In this document: positions 22,655-26,300 of the stretch, piece by piece
Numbering within the stretch: position 1 is the stretch's first letter
Layout of the letters: the number at the start of each line of letters is the position of its first letter
Origin: a virus
Taxonomy: Duplodnaviria > Heunggongvirae > Uroviricota > Caudoviricetes
Virus record (IMG/VR): IMGVR_UViG_3300005253_000530
Strand: one strand, 5' to 3'
DNA length: 26,300 nt
Position numbers and translations under genes: made by a program
Notes under the pieces: model-generated
What the model saw: only the letters and a program-made list of their open reading frames with translations
What the model was told of the DNA's origin: nothing
Databases searched by the model: none

Positions 22655-23431
22655 TTATCTATATAGATGAGCTTTATAAGCTTTTTCTACTGTCTCATCC
22701 CAACTATCATCATCAAACGGATCAACTACCCCTTGTGGACATGTAGATGATGATCCATCTGGGAACATCCATAATGCTTTAAGGGTCACACATCTCTTTT
22801 CACATCCAGCACATGCTGACCCTCTGTTCTCTTGTTTGCCAGTAAATCTCGTTGAAATACCCTCTTCGAAGTGATCTATAAAGAAATCTATACGGGCTTG
22901 GAGATATTTTTGTATCTCGCAATTGAAATCGGCAAATAACTTAACCTTTATGCCAGCTTTTATATAGAAGCCAATTATATCTATTAATTGATGGTTTGGT
23001 TGATCCTCTGTGATTACAATTTGAACCACCATATCCTTGGCATGATGTGCAAAATCTCTTACTACATGATCTTTGTGAGTAACTCCTACATGCCAGCAGT
23101 CTACATAACGTATACGATCTGAATTTAAAGCCATGCCATTTGTTACAACCTTTATTACATCACAGTAACCTTTTGCATGATGGAGTATAAAATCAAGCCA
23201 AGGATGTATGCCTGGCTCACCCCCAGAGAAAGTAACTATGGACTTTTCCTTTATGGACTTCATAAAAGTTCCGTATGCTCTCAGACAATCCACTGTATCC
23301 ATAGGAGACACACACTGTGCTGGCCTCTTGGGCTGAAAATCGTTGAGACAAAAATGACAATTCTTATTGCATTGATTAGTCAGTAAAATTCTTAACCTGA
23401 ACTCATCTCTATGTATAGTTTTATCAAACAT
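22655..23431 (-). CDS. Radical SAM enzyme (MoaA-like N-terminus, C-terminal Cys cluster)
   Basis: CNKNCHFC (CxxxCxxC), FSGGEP, VVTNG; CAGCEKRC...TCP. Confidence 0.9.
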   Translation of the reverse strand: MFDKTIHRDEFRLRILLTNQCNKNCHFCLNDFQPKRPAQCVSPMDTVDCLRAYGTFMKSIKEKSIVTFSGGEPGIHPWLDFILHHAKGYCDVIKVVTNGMALNSDRIRYVDCWHVGVTHKDHVVRDFAHHAKDMVVQIVITEDQPNHQLIDIIGFYIKAGIKVKLFADFNCEIQKYLQARIDFFIDHFEEGISTRFTGKQENRGSACAGCEKRCVTLKALWMFPDGSSSTCPQGVVDPFDDDSWDETVEKAYKAHLYR

Positions 23432-23678
23432 CTCCGTTACCTTTATCGATGTACTTATATTTTGCTTTTATTTCTCTGAGACCCTGTTTTATTTCTTTAT
23501 ACGATACTTTATGACTGCACTCTTTGCACACATAAATTTCCTCGCGCTCTTTGCCATATATCAAATTGTCAGAGAAATTTACTGGATGAAATTCAATAGA
23601 AAATGTGTATTCCTTACTGAATTGTGTATGTCCACAAGATATACATACGAAATATTCTTTAATTATTTCTTTTGCCAT
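23424..23678 (-). CDS. Zn-ribbon protein
   Basis: CISC...CKEC. Confidence 0.7.
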   Translation of the reverse strand: MAKEIIKEYFVCISCGHTQFSKEYTFSIEFHPVNFSDNLIYGKEREEIYVCKECSHKVSYKEIKQGLREIKAKYKYIDKGNGDV

Positions 23679-23690
23679 AATTCTCTTCCC

Positions 23691-24011
23691 TTATTCATAT
23701 GTTTTTATTTCTATAACAACATCTCCTTCATCGATATAGGCATTATCAAAAAGTCTTAGCGTCATGATTATTCTACCTTCACAGTTCGGGGTGCTTTCTG
23801 TATAATAGTTTGTTAGATGTCGTAGTAAATCGACTATACAAGTATTTGCATCTAACCGGCATAGTGGCGTCCCCCTAAAAGTACTATTTTTTACCCACTC
23901 CAGTAGGTCTTTCTTCCATTTTTCAATCTCCTCCATAAACTGTTTTTCGTCGCTGTGGATGTATAGAACTGGAGATCTCCAACCGTCTTTATCTATTAGC
24001 CTTAAAAACAT
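23691..24011 (-). CDS. Hypothetical protein
   Basis: AAGGAG RBS; 106 aa. Confidence 0.7.
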   Translation of the reverse strand: MFLRLIDKDGWRSPVLYIHSDEKQFMEEIEKWKKDLLEWVKNSTFRGTPLCRLDANTCIVDLLRHLTNYYTESTPNCEGRIIMTLRLFDNAYIDEGDVVIEIKTYE

Positions 24012-24023
24012 AATTCTCTCCTT

Positions 24024-24227
24024 CTAACTATAATCATATTCCATGTATTCTATAGATAGGTCAGCTCCACATAGTGGGCATTTTGGCCAATCCGCTTCCA
24101 GAGCAGTCGTTAGTGTATATGTCTTCTTGTATATTCTGCTCTTTTCATTCACATATTTACATAAGCATCTATACTTAACATAAAAGCTGCTTACTTCGTC
24201 ACTTGATAATCTAACTACGCCACTCAT
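24024..24227 (-). CDS. Zn-ribbon protein
   Basis: CLC...CPLC; AAGGAGAG RBS. Confidence 0.65.
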   Translation of the reverse strand: MSGVVRLSSDEVSSFYVKYRCLCKYVNEKSRIYKKTYTLTTALEADWPKCPLCGADLSIEYMEYDYS

Positions 24228-24237
24228 AATTCTCTCC

Positions 24238-24504
24238 TTACAACTTTTTTTCTAACCGTTTAACTTCTTTTTTTTTACGTTGTATATCTCGTTGTATCTG
24301 CCCTTTGAGTCCGGCTCGGCCTTTTTCTTTAGTGGTGAACACCCAATTTGTTAGAATTCTGTATCTACTATATTCATCTTTTACATATAGTGTGGGATGT
24401 TCATCAGACAAGGGTTGAGCTCTCCTGCTGACTAAAACACCTTCCTTTAATTCATTCCAGGTATTATTAATATACCATACTTTTTGGCCTGCTTTTAATA
24501 CCAT
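24238..24504 (-). CDS. Hypothetical protein with coiled-coil tail (start reassigned)
   Basis: GGGGG RBS; LKAGQKVWY. Confidence 0.65.
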   Translation of the reverse strand: MVLKAGQKVWYINNTWNELKEGVLVSRRAQPLSDEHPTLYVKDEYSRYRILTNWVFTTKEKGRAGLKGQIQRDIQRKKKEVKRLEKKL

Positions 24505-24522
24505 AATTCTTCCCCCTTTATA

Positions 24523-24608
24523 TGGAGGAGAACAGAGGAATCGAACCCCCATGTTTTACCACGCCCCTGGGTTCAAACCAGGTTGCCGACCATTCGGTAG
24601 TGCTCTCC
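24523..24608 (-). tRNA. tRNA-Ser(TGA), folds as an 8/4 allo-tRNA type
   Basis: GGAGAGCA/TGTTCTCC 8-bp acceptor, 6-bp D-stem with 4-nt loop, long V-arm, 4-bp T-stem, T73 CCA. Confidence 0.75.
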
Positions 24609-24613
24609 TTATT

Positions 24614-24689
24614 TGGCACCGGGCATAAGATTTGAACTTATATTGGCGGGGTCAAGGCCCGCTCTCCTAGCCTATTGAAGGAACCCGGT
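24614..24689 (-). tRNA. tRNA-Gln(TTG), C33 and A1-U72 variant
   Basis: ACCGGGT/GCCCGGT G CCA; GCGGG CC TTG AC CCCGC. Confidence 0.85.
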
Positions 24690-24890
24690 TCATTTTCTTT
24701 CTTTTTCTGCCTCAGTTATTAGTTGAGCTAATAGTTTATTCACTTTTCTTTTCGATTTTATTAGTTCTCCTTTATTAAATTCCCATCTAACATCACGTAT
24801 ATGTTCTACCATTTCTCGAATCATAAATTTAGCTTCTATTGATTTTTCAGTTATTTCATCTGCTGGTGATCTCTTAATTGTTTTATCCAT
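24690..24890 (-). CDS. Helical hypothetical protein
   Basis: GGAG RBS; TGA abuts the tRNA-Gln start. Confidence 0.6.
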   Translation of the reverse strand: MDKTIKRSPADEITEKSIEAKFMIREMVEHIRDVRWEFNKGELIKSKRKVNKLLAQLITEAEKERK

Positions 24891-25248
24891 TGTGTTCTCC
24901 ATGTTGCTCTGCCCAGTTAGTTATTTTTTTGTACCCCTTAGTTGGCCTGTTATATAAATAGATCCAAACATCCTTCTGACCTATTTTTATTTTTTTTCTT
25001 TTGTACACACCCCAAAAAGTGCCTTCATTCAAATCGATCAGTAGTTTTTGTAATATAGGCCATCTGAGCATCTTAATTTCCCCATCTATATAATCTGACT
25101 GGTCGCCTTTTGTAACGCCCGCAGTCCCGCTCGATCTTAAATACATTTTGTGTCCGTACAATCTGTGCTTAACAGTACCTGGTTTTGGTATACACCATGC
25201 TTTTGTATTACCGTCTTTTAATTTGCCATAAACAAATATTTTATCCAT
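24883..25248 (-). CDS. Gamma-glutamylcyclotransferase (AIG2-like) family protein
   Basis: IFVYGKLK...IDGEI...LIDLNEG...YKRKKI...VWIYLYN pattern. Confidence 0.7.
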   Translation of the reverse strand: MDKIFVYGKLKDGNTKAWCIPKPGTVKHRLYGHKMYLRSSGTAGVTKGDQSDYIDGEIKMLRWPILQKLLIDLNEGTFWGVYKRKKIKIGQKDVWIYLYNRPTKGYKKITNWAEQHGEHNG

Positions 25249-25261
25249 TTAATTCTCCTTT

Positions 25262-25345
25262 TGCCAGAGATGAGACTCGAACTCACACGCCCTATGGACA
25301 CCAGTTTTTGAGACTGGCATGTCTACCTGTTTCCATCACTCTGGC
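25262..25345 (-). tRNA. tRNA-Leu(CAA)
   Basis: Class II body; CT CAA AA loop; A73. Confidence 0.95.
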
Positions 25346-25741
25346 TTATGCTTCATCTTTAGGTACAAACCCATGGCATTCTGAATCTATACACGTAAAT
25401 CCATTCCTTGATAGCTTGCAGTTATCGCAGCTGTATCTAGATTCGTGATGTGGGTATCCACCTTTTTCACACTCGACCCTATGTTTTATCATGCTCTCGT
25501 TTTTCTTTTTATCTGTACGTTCTTCCTTTTGTGTTTTTATAGACCTTGTTAAAATATGTTCACATTCTAAAGTCATGACTGCTTGTAGTACTATGTGAGA
25601 AATATCTCTAAGAGAATACCCTTTTTCTACCCATTTTTTAAATATAGGATCGATAGCTTTACATGTTTGGCTATCTAAAATGTTTCCATCTTCATTGTAA
25701 GAGTCATATTTTTCATTAAATAGTAATTTTTTACTCATCAT
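25346..25741 (-). CDS. Hypothetical protein with Cys-rich tail (start reassigned)
   Basis: AGGGGA RBS; stop abuts the tRNA-Leu(CAA) start. Confidence 0.7.
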   Translation of the reverse strand: MMSKKLLFNEKYDSYNEDGNILDSQTCKAIDPIFKKWVEKGYSLRDISHIVLQAVMTLECEHILTRSIKTQKEERTDKKKNESMIKHRVECEKGGYPHHESRYSCDNCKLSRNGFTCIDSECHGFVPKDEA

Positions 25742-25752
25742 TAATTCCCCTT

Positions 25753-25836
25753 TGCCGAAGGTGGGAATTGAACCCACACGCTCTATGAGCACTGGATTTT
25801 AAGTCCAGTATGTCTGCCTGGTTCCATCACTCCGGC
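25753..25836 (-). tRNA. tRNA-Leu(TAA)
   Basis: Class II body; CT TAA AA loop; A73. Confidence 0.95.
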
Positions 25837-26043
25837 TTATCCGTATATGATTATTCGATTATTTTTATCTTTCTCAATGTGTAGTTGTATACCTTTATCC
25901 AATTCATCTCTTTCATATGGTATCAATAGCGTTCTAGGTTTTGATATTTGTATGTATACATTTCCACCTACTTCTTTTCTTATCTTTTCTAGTTTAGCAA
26001 TAAATTTGTTCAGTGTGTCTTGCACGTCGTAATATGAGCCCAT
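25837..26043 (-). CDS. Hypothetical protein
   Basis: AGGAGG RBS; stop abuts the tRNA-Leu(TAA) start. Confidence 0.7.
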   Translation of the reverse strand: MGSYYDVQDTLNKFIAKLEKIRKEVGGNVYIQISKPRTLLIPYERDELDKGIQLHIEKDKNNRIIIYG

Positions 26044-26054
26044 AGTAAATCCTC

Positions 26055-26216
26055 CTATTTATGCCTAGGACAAGTTAGTCCCATCTTTATACCTACTTCT
26101 GCTTCCTTTTTTAAATCGTTGCCACACCTAGGACATACAAATATTTTTACCGCTTTTATTTGTCTGTTGGTCATTATACATATTATTTCGTTGCATTTAT
26201 TACATTCTATTCTCAT
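26055..26216 (-). CDS. 53-aa Zn-ribbon protein (not in ORF track)
   Basis: CNKC...CPRC...CPRH. Confidence 0.6.
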   Translation of the reverse strand: MRIECNKCNEIICIMTNRQIKAVKIFVCPRCGNDLKKEAEVGIKMGLTCPRHK

Positions 26217-26300
26217 GATAATTAGAACCTGTTTAGTGTTATCGAATACGACTTTTTACATCCTTTACATGTAAACGAAATACCTATACCCTCAGACCAG

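Noticed and set aside
24523-24608. tRNA-Sec or opal suppressor
   Set aside because: The anticodon is TGA (reads UCA, Ser), not TCA. No TCA-anticodon tRNA was found in the window.
328-26032. Antisense or nested ORFs in the track (e.g. 328-588, 2581-2841, 6486-6884, 10077-10472, 13675-13911, 16131-16481, 20761-21045) and 5' extensions through tRNAs
   Set aside because: They overlap better-supported genes or tRNAs and lack an RBS and recognisable motifs.
1-26300. Genome-wide UGA recoding (genetic code 4 or 25)
   Set aside because: All large conserved genes are intact in code 11 and use TGG for Trp. Many genes end in TGA within ATGA overlaps or right before tRNAs. Only two internal TGAs were found.

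Overview
AT-rich, gene-dense window that looks like an accessory region of a large (jumbo-type) bacteriophage. The evidence is many small ORFs with AGGAG-type RBSs, dispersed tRNAs and a possible lysis cassette; no capsid or terminase gene is present, so the phage call is an inference. Genes run on + to about 4370 (possible holin/spanin, M29 aminopeptidase, cold-shock protein). A ~500 bp repeat-rich non-coding gap follows, and then almost everything is on the - strand. That block holds 18 hand-folded tRNA or tRNA-like genes, a GHKL/MORC ATPase-nuclease fusion, an Smr-domain protein, a metallophosphoesterase, an HNH nuclease (+), a PnuC-like protein, family-4 UDG, an RNA-ligase-like protein, HAD proteins, a radical SAM enzyme and a contiguous pncA-nadD-nadE-pncB NAD+ salvage operon. 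Top leads: (1) a complete deamidating NAD+ rebuilding pathway, distinct from NARP1/NARP2. (2) Non-canonical tRNAs: a His tRNA with a long variable arm, an 8/4 allo-type Ser tRNA, two tRNA-Pyl-shaped compact tRNAs, and C8 or C33 at near-invariant U positions. (3) A ~183-nt tRNA-like ncRNA with its own promoter. (4) Two genes missed by the ORF track because each has one in-frame UGA, one followed by a SECIS-like hairpin. (5) Two micro-ORFs sharing a GPSDYD motif that differs only at synonymous sites. All calls come from manual reading, folding and translation; no searches were run.
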